Shown: positions 50,432 to 62,436, counted from the first letter of the stretch. The stretch is 64,000 bases of DNA from Octopus sinensis (GCF_006345805.1 NC_043006.1:25172001-25236000); one strand, 5' to 3'. Notes: generated from the sequence alone by a model not told the origin. Numbers and translations: made by a program.

Positions 50432-51862
50432 CAGTAGCGAGCAAAAAAAGAGAATGATTAATATTTTTTTTAAATTTCAGAAAATCTAGTAAACACACAA
50501 ATTCGCAATTGGTTTCATAAATACTGTTAACCATTAGCTAAATTCTGGGAAAAATCTAAGTTTGTACAATGGACTTAATAAAAGTTAGTAACAGTTAATA
50601 ATAGTTTCATCCAAATCTCCCATGCAAAATAAGAGAACAATCAAACCAAAAAATGCTTCAATTAACTCAGAATCATAAAAATGATTGAAAGAAATGTAAA
50701 TATGAACTTAATACAGTTATTATGATGTAAATCTTTGTTGGCGATCACCTCTGCACATCAATTGCCACAGGACATAACAAGTTTCCTGTACAAGTCAGGT
50801 ATTAATTCTTCCATTCCTCTTCTAATATCTCCCATAAATTCATCATAGTAGTTGGTGCTCTTTGTGTTACTTTGTCTCTGAGTATCTTTCAAAGGTTTAC
50901 AATTGAATTTAAGTCTGGAATTTGTGCTAACCACTTCACTACTTGGATATTTTGTTCACTAAAGAATCCAGTTAAACGCTTTTCAGTATGACAAGAGGCA
51001 ATATCTTGCATGAAAATGCATGGTTGATTCGGAAATACTTGTAATGATGGGATCAGATGCTGTTTAACCAAATTCAAATAGATATTGGCAGTAATAGTTT
51101 CTTTAATCTGCACTAGAGGGCCAACTCCTTCAGAAGAAATCATTCCCCACACCATGACGCTTCCTCCTCCAAGCTTGGCAGATTTCTTCAGGCACTTGGA
51201 TTTTAGCCAATCTCCTGTGTAGCACCGAACACACTGTCAATCATTGAACCTATTAAACTGAATTTGCTTTCATCGCTAAAATGAACTTTTGACCAATTTT
51301 CATCCCTCCAGTTCACATGAGATTCTGCAAATGAAAGTCTTTCCAATTTGTTCTTCTTGCTGGGAACAAGTCTTTAATCCAAATTCTTTCAGACAGTGAG
51401 ACACTGTAAAGCAGCTCACTTTCATACTATAATTTACTTTTATTTTCTTAGAAATTCCAGCCACAGTCTCATAAAATAGCTGAGAGAGTCATTCCTGAAA
51501 CTTTCGTCCTGACAATTTCTTTTCAGAAATCGGGAGTAACTTTAGTCTGGTGTGCCATGTTCGGAAGCTGGCACAATACTGAAACAGAAGTAATGTTGAG
51601 CCTGCAAATGTGAACCATGTTTAAAATTTCCAGAAATTTCTAAAGGAATCTTATCGTTCTCTTATTTTGCACATGAGACATTTGGACGAAACTAGTGTTG
51701 GTGTTATTAACTTTTATTAAGACCATTGTACAAACTTAGATCTTTCACAGAATTTAGCTAATGGTTAACCATGTTTACAAAACCAATTACAAATTTGTAT
51801 GTTTACTAGCTTTTCTGACATTTAAAAGAATATCAATCATTCTCTTTTTTTGCTCACTACTG
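50432..51862 (-). mobile_element. Tc1-like transposon with long TIRs, inactivated (1431 bp)
   Basis: TA|CAGTAG(C/T)GAGCAAAAAAAGAG...|TA; TIRs about 50432-50593 and 51702-51862; MVWGMISSEGVGPL, FMQD.A..H and W..Q.PDLN.I.NL motifs. Confidence 0.95.
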
Positions 51863-52333
51863 TATATGCACACACAATCACACACACATACTCATGCCCA
51901 AAATGCATTTGCACAAGCATATGTAACTGGTACACACACTCACACACACATGCACACTCACAAAATCAATAACTCCTACATCCACGCATTCACACACACA
52001 CACATATACACACACTCACACTCACCAGTCTTGCATCTACCTCATCCAGACATCTAGGCATCTCCAACTTCTTGTCCAGCCATACAGTCAAAGAAATTTT
52101 CCTTTCTAATGGGACTACTGTCGTTGAGACAGGATTCTGTTAGAGGCCTGCATAGAACTGAACTGAACAGTATTAAATAATTCCTCTAATGAGCCACCAG
52201 GACATTTCAGAGACCCAATTTCCCAATTCTCTATAGTTTTTATGGATCCTGTGCATCATACATATGAACACCACTTTCAGTGATAACCATATATATATAT
52301 ATATAACAAATTAATAAATAAAACATATGCATA

Positions 52334-52622
52334 TATACATACATATATGTACGTACCTACATCTACATGGATATATACATGCATATATGGGTACAGGACA
52401 CCAAAAAAACGTTGAACACAATGAGAAACGAAAACAAACACAAAACCAAAGTGTTGTATGTCCTGTACTCGATTTTTTCGTTGTTTAAGAAAAATGTCCA
52501 TTTCCTTGGTTTTGTGTTTATGTTTTCGTTTCTCGTTGTGTTCGACGTTTTTTGGTGTCCTGTACCCATATATGCACGTATATATACATGTAGATGTAGG
52601 TACGTACATATATGTATGTATA
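52334..52622. repeat. Inverted repeat, about 116-bp arms (52334-52449 / 52506-52622)
   Basis: Arms are reverse complements with a few substitutions and indels; 56-bp spacer. Confidence 0.92.
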
Positions 52623-52631
52623 CTCTCTCTC

Positions 52632-53004
52632 TTTTACACTTTTACTTGTTTCAGTCATTTTGATTGCGGCCATGCTGGAGCACTGCCTTTAATCAAGCAA
52701 CTCGACCCCAGGACTTATTCTTTTGTAAGCCCAGTACTTATTCTATCGGTCTCTTTTGCCGAACCGCTAAGTAACGGGGACATAAACACACCAGCATCGG
52801 TTATCAAGCAATGCTAGGGAGACAAACGCAGACACACAAACACATATATACGACGGGCATCTTTCAGTTTCCGTCTACCAAATCCACTCACATGGCTTTG
52901 GTCGGCCCGAGGCTATAATAGAAGACACTTGCCCAAGGTGCCATGCAGTGGGACTGAACCCAGAACCATGTGGTTGGTAAACAAGCTACTGACCACACAG
53001 CCAC
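52632..53004 (-). mobile_element. SINE family B, near-consensus
   Basis: Full-length reverse-complement match to the 61154-61560 copy. Confidence 0.9.
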
Positions 53005-53170
53005 TTATTTATTAATTTGTTATTATATGACAGAATGCAAGCATCCATTTCTAAGTAAGTTTGTTCTCTCTCTCTATCTTATATATATATATATATATAT
53101 ATGAAAAAACAAGTCAAGATAGAAAATGCTAAAATAATTTTATAAAGAACATTTCAGTTCCTTTTCACCC

Positions 53171-53205
<35 letters not shown>

Positions 53206-53461
53206 TACTTAATTTTAAAAAACGGAAAAAACAAGAAAAACAACAACACTCAGAGAAGGAAAGAAAGAGTGGTTGTTTTACATTTTAAGCATAGCCCTTC
53301 TTTCGAAACAGGAGACATAGAAAAGTCAAATAGAAAAGGAAGAAGGAGGGAAAAAAATCACCAGCAGTCCATGTGTAGTTACATTTTTGAAATGATTGGA
53401 AGTAGATGGACAAAGAAAAAGTGCTTTTTGGGACAGGAGAGTGCGAAGAATGGTTGGTATC

Positions 53462-54400
53462 TGTGTGTGTGTGTGTGCGTGTGTGTGTGTGTGTGCGTGT
53501 GTGTGTGTGCGTGCGTGTGTGTGTGTGTGTGCGTGTGTGTGTGTGTGTGCGTGTGTGTGTGTGTGTGGTGGCATGCGTGTGTGTGGTGGCATATGTGTGG
53601 TGGCATGTGTGTGTGTGGTGGCATATGTGTGGTGGCATGTGTGTGTGTGTGGCATGTGTGTGTGGTGGCATGTGTGTGTGGTGGCATGTGTGTGTAGTGG
53701 CATGTGTGTGCATGTGGTGGCATGTGTGTGTGGTGGCATGTGTGTGTATGTGGTGGCATGTGTGTGGTGTGGTGGCATGTGTGTGTGGTGGCATGTGGTG
53801 TGTGGTGGCATGTGTGTGTGTGGTGGCATGTGTGTGCATGTGGTGGCATGTGTGTGTGGTGGTATGTGTGTATGTGGTGGCATGTGTGTGTGGTGACATG
53901 TGTGTGGTGGTGACGTGTGTGTGGTGGCATGTGTGTGTGTGGTGCATGTGTGTGTGTGGTGGCATATGTTGTGGTGGCATGTGTGTGTGTGGTGGCATGT
54001 GTGTGTGGTGGCATGTGTGTGTGGTGGCATGTGTGTGTAGTGGCATGTGTGTGCATGTGGTGGCATGTGTGTGTGGTGGCATTGTGTGTATGTGGTGGCA
54101 TGTGTGTGTGTGGTGGCATGTGTGTGTGGTGGCATGTGTGTGCATGTGGTGGCATGTGTGTGTGTGGTGGCATGTGTGTGCATGTGGTGGCATGTGTGTG
54201 TGGTGGTATGTGTGTATGTGGTGGCATGTGTGTGTGGTGACATGTGTGTGTGGTGACGTGTGTGTGGTGGCATGTGTGTGTGTGGTGGCATGTGTGTGTG
54301 TGGTGGCATATGTGTGTATGTGGTGGCATGTGTGTTTGTGGTAGCATGTGTGTGTGGTGACATGTGTGTGTGTGTGGTGGCATGTGTGTGTCTGTGTGTG
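53462..54400. repeat. (TG)n lead-in then a minisatellite of (GT)n-GGTGGCAT units (about 14-20 bp each, dozens of units)
   Basis: Directly visible; source of the 300-425 aa HT/CV-repeat ORFs. Confidence 0.96.
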
Positions 54401-54859
54401 ATAGCATGTATGTGTATCGTAGTGTGTGAGTGTGTGGCAGTAACTGAGTGTGTGTGTGTGTGTGTATGTGTGCACGTGCACGCATGGTGGCATGTGTGCA
54501 TGTAGTGGTGGTGGCGTGTGTGTGTGTGATACCATACATGGGCATGGTAGCCTGTGTATGTGTGACAGTAACTGAGTGTGTGTGTGTGTGTCGTATTAAC
54601 TGTTTACATGTGTTTGTTTTGTGTGAGTGGTCTGTGTGTGTGTGTGTTAATGTCATAGTGAGAGATCAGTGACAGGTGTGTGTATGGGTGGTTGTGGAAG
54701 TGTATGTGTATGTGTGTTTTGCATGTGAGCATAGATGGGTTGGTCAGTAGCAAGTCAAGGAAGTTTGAAGGGTGTCTGAGAGGCAGTCTGAAAGGTGTGT
54801 GAATGGGTAGATGTGGATGTGTGTGTGTTGGCATGTGTACATAGATGGAGTGAAAATGT

Positions 54860-54890
<31 letters not shown>

Positions 54891-55482
54891 AACATGTGTC
54901 TGGGTACATGTGTCCCACTCTCCCTGTCTTTCTCTCTCTTTCTCTCTGTATATGTATGTGTGTATGTGTGCTTGTGTGTGCATGTGAATGAGTGTGGAAG
55001 TGTATGTACATGTGTGTATGTATGTGTTGTATGCATGTTGTGTGGAGGTATATGTGCATTCATGTGTGTGCATGCATGTGTGTGCATACATGTGTGTGTA
55101 TGCATGTGTGCATGCATGTGTGGGCATGTATGTACACGTGTATGTATGTGCATTCATGTGTGTGTGTGTGTGCATGTGTGCGTGTTGTGTGTGTGGAGGT
55201 ATATGTTCGTTGTGGGTGTATATGTACGTGTGTGTGTATATGTGTGTGCATGTGTGTGTTGTGTGTGTCGAGAGTTGTGTGTGTGTGTAGGTATATGTGT
55301 GTTCGTGTGTATGTGCATGCATGTGTGTGTACCTGTGTGTGCATGTATGTACGTATGTGAGAGGGAAAGCTTGTTTGACACACTATCAAGTGGGGTAATG
55401 CGCCTACAAGTGCATGTTGAAATGGATGCAAAAAAGTTTTAAAAAATGAGAATATTCAAGGCAAAATAACTTTTTTAAAATC

Positions 55483-55488
55483 TTTATT
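55483..55488 (-). promoter_or_regulatory. Candidate polyadenylation signal (AATAAA) of HAGH
   Basis: First AATAAA on the minus strand, about 70 nt after the stop and followed by T-rich sequence. The AT-rich background lowers specificity. Confidence 0.55.
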
Positions 55489-55559
55489 GAAACACAGATT
55501 ATAACAAAATTTAAATCAACAGCTTGTTATATGTCACATATAAATTCAAATAAATGATA

Positions 55560-55650
55560 TTATCCTTTGAAGTCATTCTTCTTTATACGGATAAACTTCA
55601 TTACTTCAATAGGATCAGTAAGATTCGCATACTTCTGTAGAGATGCTTCT
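55560..55650 (-). CDS. HAGH: Glyoxalase II last coding exon (stop TAA at 55560-55562)
   Basis: Acceptor tttcctttaccag. 91 nt, phase 2. (R)EASLQKYANLTDPIEVMKFIRIKKNDFKG* aligns with the GLO2 C-terminus (DP...M..IR..K..F). Confidence 0.95.
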
Positions 55651-57591
55651 CTGGTAAAGGAAATCATAATAAAAATTATATATTAATACAATTTTTAAAT
55701 TATATGTGAAAGTATACAAAAAATTTCGTTTTGTAGTGTGCGTGAAAGAATTTAGTCTTGCTCAAAAAGCAGGTACAAATTGTAAATGGGATATTATTTT
55801 TGTTAATGTATCTGTAATACATTAACAAAATACAATACAAAATATAGTGCAAAGCATAAATATTTTTGCACTAGTTTGCTTGACTAACAAAGAATGGATT
55901 TCTTAGTTGAGTAGTAGAAAGGGCTGTAAAAACAATTGCTACAATAAAAAAGCTGAACAATTCACATATGAAAAAGTGAAAGTAAAAAAGTAACAAAAAT
56001 ATTGCTACGTAACTGAAATAATAGTAATTGTCACACTCATGATATGTATGCAGCTATGTCAAAAGCTACACAAAATACTGCCAGTATAGTGACATTCACA
56101 AAAAGTCAAGTTTGTGTACACTGAAGTTTTTCAGTGTTAAAATTATTATTATATTTTACAATTAACTCAGATAATATATGTAACAGAGTGGTTGCTAGAA
56201 TGTAACAATTGTTGTCAATGCTGAAAGCGACAATGATGATGTTGACTCCAGGAAAGAAAGACAGGGGCCAAAGTTGTAGATCATATATTTTATTGCACTG
56301 TTACATATAATCATTTCCTAACAATGACGGGCAGGTATGTATAATAAAAACAGACAGAAAGTATATGAAGTAATGAGAGTTATATTTTTCTGTATGAATG
56401 TTGCTGTTTTCTTGTTTAACTACTTGATGCTAAAATAGGGATCAAAGCAAGATAGAGTGAATGTAAGTTTAACAAGTGGATAGCATAAGGCTTACATGTC
56501 CTGGGTCATTTAAGCAGCAGATAGATAGAGAGAGAGAGAGAGACAGAGTGATGTTGTTGAAACAAAAGTGAGTTAGTGAGAAGGGCTAAGAGAGTGGTGG
56601 ACAAGACAACTGTAATATTGGTGAATCCCATAGATTTCACTCTGTGATGTTACTTTAGTCAAGACAGTGTTTCATTCAGCTGGTCAGCTTCCTCTCTGCC
56701 AGTCACTCTCACTAACTGATCTTTCTTTTTAAACTACATGATGAACCTGCTGGCATAGCTGGACATGAAGACAAATATGAAGCCAGTGTGGCTGGATGTG
56801 AAGATGAACGTGTAGCTGGACATGAAAATGAATGCAAGGACTGTAAATTCAACAAAAGTGGCAGAGCTGGATGTGACAATGACAGCAAATTCCATGAAGA
56901 ACCAGAAGAATTAGCTGAACATGTACAAATTTGATAAGAAGCTATAGTGGAAATGGTTGTGTAGCTGCCAAAGCCACAGTTTTTATACTATTATGGTGAT
57001 GAAGCCTCAAATCAAGTTGGAAATATTTACATGAAGAATCTAGCAAACCTTTCAGATTCCTTTGAAATTTGCACAGTGATATCTATTATTGACTCAATGA
57101 GTAATAGCAGATATTTATGTCAACTAGTATGAAAACTGGGACGGATAAGGCTGTGTATATTTATGCCATCCAATTTAAAGCAAGTACACAGTGCCCATAG
57201 ATGTACGTCAACCAATATCATGGGATAAAAAATGTTTACTTCACAATCACAAGGTTTCAAATTCACCACTGCATAGCATCTTAGGTAAATGCCACTTTTT
57301 TACAGACTTCTGAGTAAAACTGTGAAGACAGAAAAATTGCAGAGAAGCTCGTTGAATAAATTATAGCTGTCACAGCCTGTTGTGATGATTCCATTTCAAA
57401 ATTATAGGTACCTATGTTCGTGGAATACTCAGCCACTTACACACTAATTTACTGATTGAACATCTGGAATACACATGGCTGGAAAATTCTGACCGAGATT
57501 CAATCAAATCACCCCTTCCTCCTGGACACATATAATCCAGAAAACTCATAAAACTCAAGTATAAACTAGTCAGAAAAATAGTCATATTTAC

Positions 57592-57671
57592 CTGACTCGC
57601 ATGAACGGGTTAAATAGAAGCTCGTCTCCAATTGTTGATGGAATGGTTGGCTTGCTCTGAGACCTTTGCTC
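57592..57671 (-). CDS. HAGH: Glyoxalase II penultimate coding exon
   Basis: Acceptor tatttatcatag, donor gtaaat. 80 nt, phase 0 to 2. EQRSQSKPTIPSTIGDELLFNPFMRV(R) contains the PT.PST...E...NPFMRV motif. Confidence 0.96.
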
Positions 57672-59603
57672 CTATGATAAATAATAGAATATTACTGTAA
57701 AAAGCTAAAGACATTCTTTCTGTTCAATAGAATCAAGTCTACATTTTATAATATATACATAGACTTTCATATAATTACAATTATAACTTTGTAGAGGTAA
57801 AAATGGCCAAATGGGTAAGGTGGTAAGATCAGCAGTTTAATGCATTTCATAGCATTTCAGTCTAGTTTAGTCTAAACAACTTTAATTTTTCAGGTGCTAT
57901 TAAGTTAGATATGGCCGAAACCTATCAAAGTATCAAAGTAAGACTACATGATGAAACTACACCTCTAAACAATTTGATCTTGGATCAAATGTCTTATTCT
58001 TGAATGCATGCACAGTTACAGAAATAAGATATCTGATAGACTTGAAAATTAATCAATATTTAGAAAATTTTTCTTCGCTGAAGAAGAGGCCTGTCATGTC
58101 CCTATGACTATAATAAAGCTGAAGCTTAACCTGCTTTCCATGGCATATAAATGGCTGAGATTACAACACTTCCCACTGGATGGGAAGTCAGTGTGTCACA
58201 GAATTAACTTCCCAGCTATTGCAGGAACTCAATTACAGCTGAATGGACAGAAGCAATGTGAAATGAGCTATTTTGCTCAAAAACACAATGCACTGCCAGG
58301 TTCAGTAATTGAAAAAGAATTATTAAGAACAACTAATCTCAGATATTTACTTAATTCTACATCCCTCAGTTAACATATCTGCAAAGTATATTCTTTTGGA
58401 GAATATTATATGCATCATATTCAAAGAGTAATTTACTTATCCATTTAACACTACCGAATCTAGAGTTAAGCAATAACTTCACAATTTTCGAAATAATTAC
58501 AGCTAATAATCATATATAAGCTTTTAATTATTTGTTAATTCTAAAATTCTTTTCATGGACAGGATGCTCTTCTCAACATTAAACTGACAAGTGTTCTAGT
58601 ATTTAAATTCTTAAAAAGTTCATTTCTCCATAGTGGAAATCATCTTACCTTCCTCTGTAGGCAAATACTGTAATATACTCTCCTATTAAGTACTCAGCTC
58701 TTATGTACTCTTCTGCAACGAAGAGGCTACTTCTTTGAATTTGCTTATCGTATTTCACTTATACAAACATTTAGCCCTTGGACTCCTCCTTCGTTTTACC
58801 AAACATACATTATTTCCATACAAAGTGCACCAAATGTTATGTGCAGATCTTCCTAGAAATAATCCTAAGTACTTCTTACCAAAGCCCATGTCCCTGCAAT
58901 ACACTAACTTCAATGTAGTAGGTATAAAACCTAATGTCTAAACTACTTCATGACAAAAAATATTTACTACAATGAAACCTTTCTATGCAATACAAATTAT
59001 TACATAAATAACTTATATTTTAACAATTAAAGATATATTTTATAAAACCTATAACATATAATCAATTTTTGTAGAGGGATCCTACTACATTTAAAACATA
59101 GCAAAAACTGTGTTACAAAAACTGGTCCTCTTCTGCTGGACCAGAAAATTCTTTAACCTCTAACAGCTAACACTCTACAGATTCAGAGGGGACCCACAAT
59201 AGAATAATGCTCCCAAATTCAGGATGGTGCTGCTGATACACACATACACATCCTAGACGACTGCATTTAAAAACAAAGTCACTTGACTAATTGGCATGAA
59301 GTCATTTCACACCACAATCCAACCTCCAGTCCACAGATGTGCTGCATCCTCCCTGCCTTTTTTGCTGTTACAGTGGCCACTGCTACTTGGATTTGGTGAG
59401 TCTGCCATATTCACTCGAGTACTCCTGAGTCACTCGGCTCTTCTACCCTTGTCAGCCATATTATGTCCACTATCCCATTTCTGACACTAACCTATATGCC
59501 CAGTTCTTCCTAGCCTGAATGTGAACCATTTGAATGGAAGGCTATAAACACAATCCCTTCCTTCAGACTAAACCAATAAAAAAAAAATCAACTTCTGGAT
59601 ATA

Positions 59604-59927
59604 TCTATATATATAAAACTCAACTTGTGTGTCTGTGTGTGTCTCTGTGTGTTTAACTTCCCGGCACATCTCCTCCTAGCCAACAAATCGTAGAACCACC
59701 AAAAATGGGTCACTTAAAGTTTAGGCGAATGAAAATTGAACTGCGCTATTTCTGTTCCGAAATTCATCTTGCAAGTGCAAAAATCGATAATGTGTTTGTT
59801 TAGGCCTTATCCCATGCATTAAATAGTGAACTTTACTCAGTCAGCTGTTTGACGTGAACTGCGTTCACCATGCGTAAATTGCATGAAAAATAAAAAATAA
59901 AAATATAAAAACGGGCAATACTGCTAG
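59604..59927 (+). mobile_element. Non-autonomous Helitron-type element (324 bp) in a HAGH intron
   Basis: Begins A|TCTATATATATAAAA, has an internal (GT)n, ends ACGGGCAATACTGCTAG|T (TC...CTAG between A and T, no TSD). Subterminal hairpin not obvious. Confidence 0.75.
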
Positions 59928-59959
59928 TATACATATATTTAAAAAGTTAAATTCTGGTC

Positions 59960-60025
59960 ATAGAGTTACCAAAGGGTTTGTATCCACAGAAGCCACAGCT
60001 TTGTGGACAGCTCATCAGACTCTAT
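59960..60025 (-). ncRNA. Type I hammerhead-ribozyme motif with a damaged GAAA box
   Basis: AUAGAGU-CUGAUGA-GCUGUCCACA...UGUGGAUAC-AAA-CC[CUUU]GG-UA-ACUCUAU. 7-bp helix I, long helix II, helix III, GUA site; the conserved G of GAAA is missing. Confidence 0.72.
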
Positions 60026-60214
60026 ACAAAGATAAAAAAAATTAAACTTTCTACCACGCAGACATGATGAAATGCTCAGATATCAAGATTTAATGGCTAG
60101 CATAAAAACGTTAGGTTATCTCCCTTGGACCAGGGGACGAAAAACCCTTACGGACGTGAAATAGCCTAACCAGTTTGAAATGGACACATTTAGAGAAAAC
60201 TTCCTTATGACTAT

Positions 60215-60490
60215 TTAACACACCAGTTTAGCATAGTCCTTAAGAACTTCGGTTCTCTCTGTGAAGCAGATTTTGCAACGGGCACTCTCATTAATATATG
60301 GGCATGGATGTTCAATCATTTTCCATTTGATATTACATGGGGTCCCTTCATCTTTGAGGTGCCTCACATGGCTGGCCAGGGACATGACAAAGAATCTTTC
60401 TGGGACTCTGAAGGAAGACTGTTGGTTGTGGAAGCGACATTTGAAAGATGTACTGGCCAATCCGATATATTTACAAACTTGAGATGTGGC
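60215..60490 (-). mobile_element. Penelope-like GIY-YIG endonuclease C-terminal relic in a HAGH intron
   Basis: KYIGLASTSFKCRFHNQQSSFR..SLASHVRHLKDEG...IKWKMIE...Y......CKICFTE..VLK matches the Penelope endonuclease pattern. Confidence 0.88.
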
Positions 60491-60957
60491 TATATTTGCA
60501 CTCCTGCTATATCTCTGGTAGGCTCCATGCGTGGGGATGCTATTGGTAACATCGTTGCTGACATTGTTGATATGGTGCAATGATTCAGCGTTTCTGGTTG
60601 AAGATGTAGCTGCCGGCGTCAGTGTGGGTGCAGCTGATGGTAGCATATGGTGTGGTGGCAGTCATCCCATCGGTCTTGATAACTGTTTGGTCATTGTCTG
60701 TGGTAGTGGTACTGGGGATGCCAGATACTTTCTTTGTGTCACTGGTCCTGGATTGATCATCATCTCTAGGTGTGGCGATTGTACTGGTGGTAACGTATGG
60801 TGTGAGACTGGTCACTCTATAGGTGTTGATGATAATGGTAACAATTAAATACATAAAGAAGGCATAACCAAATAACCAATAGGGCACATGTTTATTAAAG
60901 GCAAAATAACAAACACAGTTACACCAAAACTACAATATAGTAAAATTAACTACTAAC

Positions 60958-61059
60958 CTTTGCCCACAAGATCTTTTCCTGAACAGCTTCGTTTTGGGGC
61001 TCAACATGAGCTGCAAACTTGAGGTTATTTACAGTATATTCATGTCCACAGAAAACATT
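60958..61059 (-). CDS. HAGH: Glyoxalase II internal exon
   Basis: Acceptor cttcttattttag, donor gttagt. 102 nt, phase 0 to 0. [34 protein letters not shown] contains the CGHEYT motif. Confidence 0.97.
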
Positions 61060-61153
61060 CTAAAATAAGAAGATAGTCGTAAAGATAGCCAAGTCAATAT
61101 TGTAAAGACGATGCAGTGGAAATGTGGCCATACTTGAAGTTTAACCCTTTCAT

Positions 61154-61560
61154 AGGCGCAGGAGTGGCTGTGTGGTAAGTAGCTCATTTACCAACCACAT
61201 GGTTCCGGGTTCAGTCCCACTACATGGCACCTTGGGCAAGTGTCTTCTACTATAGCCTCGGGCCGACCAAAGCCTTGTGAGTGGATTTGGTAGATGGAAA
61301 TTGAAAGCCCGTCGTATATATGTACATATATGCGTGTGTGTGTTTGTGTGTCTGTGTTTGTCCCCCTAGCATTGCTTGACAACTGATGCTGGTGTGTTTA
61401 TGTCCCCGTTACTTAGCGGTTCGGCAAAAGAGACCGATGGAATATGTACTGGGCTTACAAAAGAATAAGTCCCGGGATCGAGTTGCTTGATTAAAAAGGC
61501 GGTGCTCCAGCATGGCCACAGTCAAATGACTGAAACAAGTAAAAGAGTAGAAGAGTAGAG
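61154..61560 (+). mobile_element. SINE family B, near-consensus, in a HAGH intron
   Basis: Head with B-box gggttcagtccc, ccttgggcaagt CORE-like box, internal (TA)/(TG) repeat, tail ending aaaagagtagaagagtag. Confidence 0.9.
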
Positions 61561-61882
61561 TATTACTATACTGCTTATGTGTTTCAGTTAAATTCTAAAA
61601 TATTTGTATATTTAGACTGGTTTTTTAAAACTCTAACTTTTTTATTTATCAGCATATTAGTGTGATTTTTGGGACACAATTTAACAACAGGTTCTTAACC
61701 AAATTTGTTTCATAATTTTTGTTGCAAAGCAAATCTAATTACAGGTAAATTCAACAAAGTACAACAGATACACAGAATTATCCTGTCCACTCTCTAATTA
61801 AATTACCACTAATGTGTGTGCGAATATGTATGCAAGAATATGTGTGGGTGTATATATGTGTGTGAGTGCATGTGTGTGTATG

Positions 61883-61928
<46 letters not shown>

Positions 61929-62436
61929 ACTGGAATTTACAAAAAAACAAAAGACGAAGACAGGTGTATAAACAACAAACAGTTCATCTTTCTTTTCCTC
62001 ATGTGATCATTTTTCTTTTCCTTCAGTCTGTCGTACAGACCAGGTGTGTTCTTACCTGTCTCCTCTTCTATCTTTTCTCTTGTCAAAGACAATATTCCCC
62101 CCAGCATTCACTACCTTACCTCGTCTGGCCTAATGGCCCACCATGTTTGTTTTTGTTTGGTTTGTTGTATGTCATATATGTTTGTATGTGCATGTGAGTA
62201 TGTGTGTGTGTATGTCTGGGTCTATATTCATTTTCAAATTAATTGACTCAGCAGAATATATACTGGATAGAATTTGAGCAGTATACATTAACAGCTTTCT
62301 AACCTTTAACATACAAAGCAAATACAAATTATTTTGTGCTGGTGACGTGTATAAATTAAAAAATCATCTAATTTGGTTTACTATGTCACATCACAGGAAA
62401 TGCAACTGAAAATTTGGTAAGAATCAATTTATATAC

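Noticed and set aside
53269-55442. Long ORFs (up to 425 aa) of HT/CV/WWH repeats
   Set aside because: Mini- and microsatellite sequence lacks stops in several frames on both strands; no splice signals or domain.
57601-57613. atgaacggg-ttaa as a lone piggyBac right end
   Set aside because: It is the reverse complement of the FNPFM codons in the HAGH exon 57592-57671.
61141-61150. ttaacccttt as the start of another piggyBac MITE
   Set aside because: Only 10 bp match before a SINE begins, and no partner TIR was found downstream.
61154-61230. tRNA gene calls for SINE heads (also 20806, 36404, 48671)
   Set aside because: A/B-box-like motifs are present, but no complete cloverleaf; each continues into SINE body sequence.
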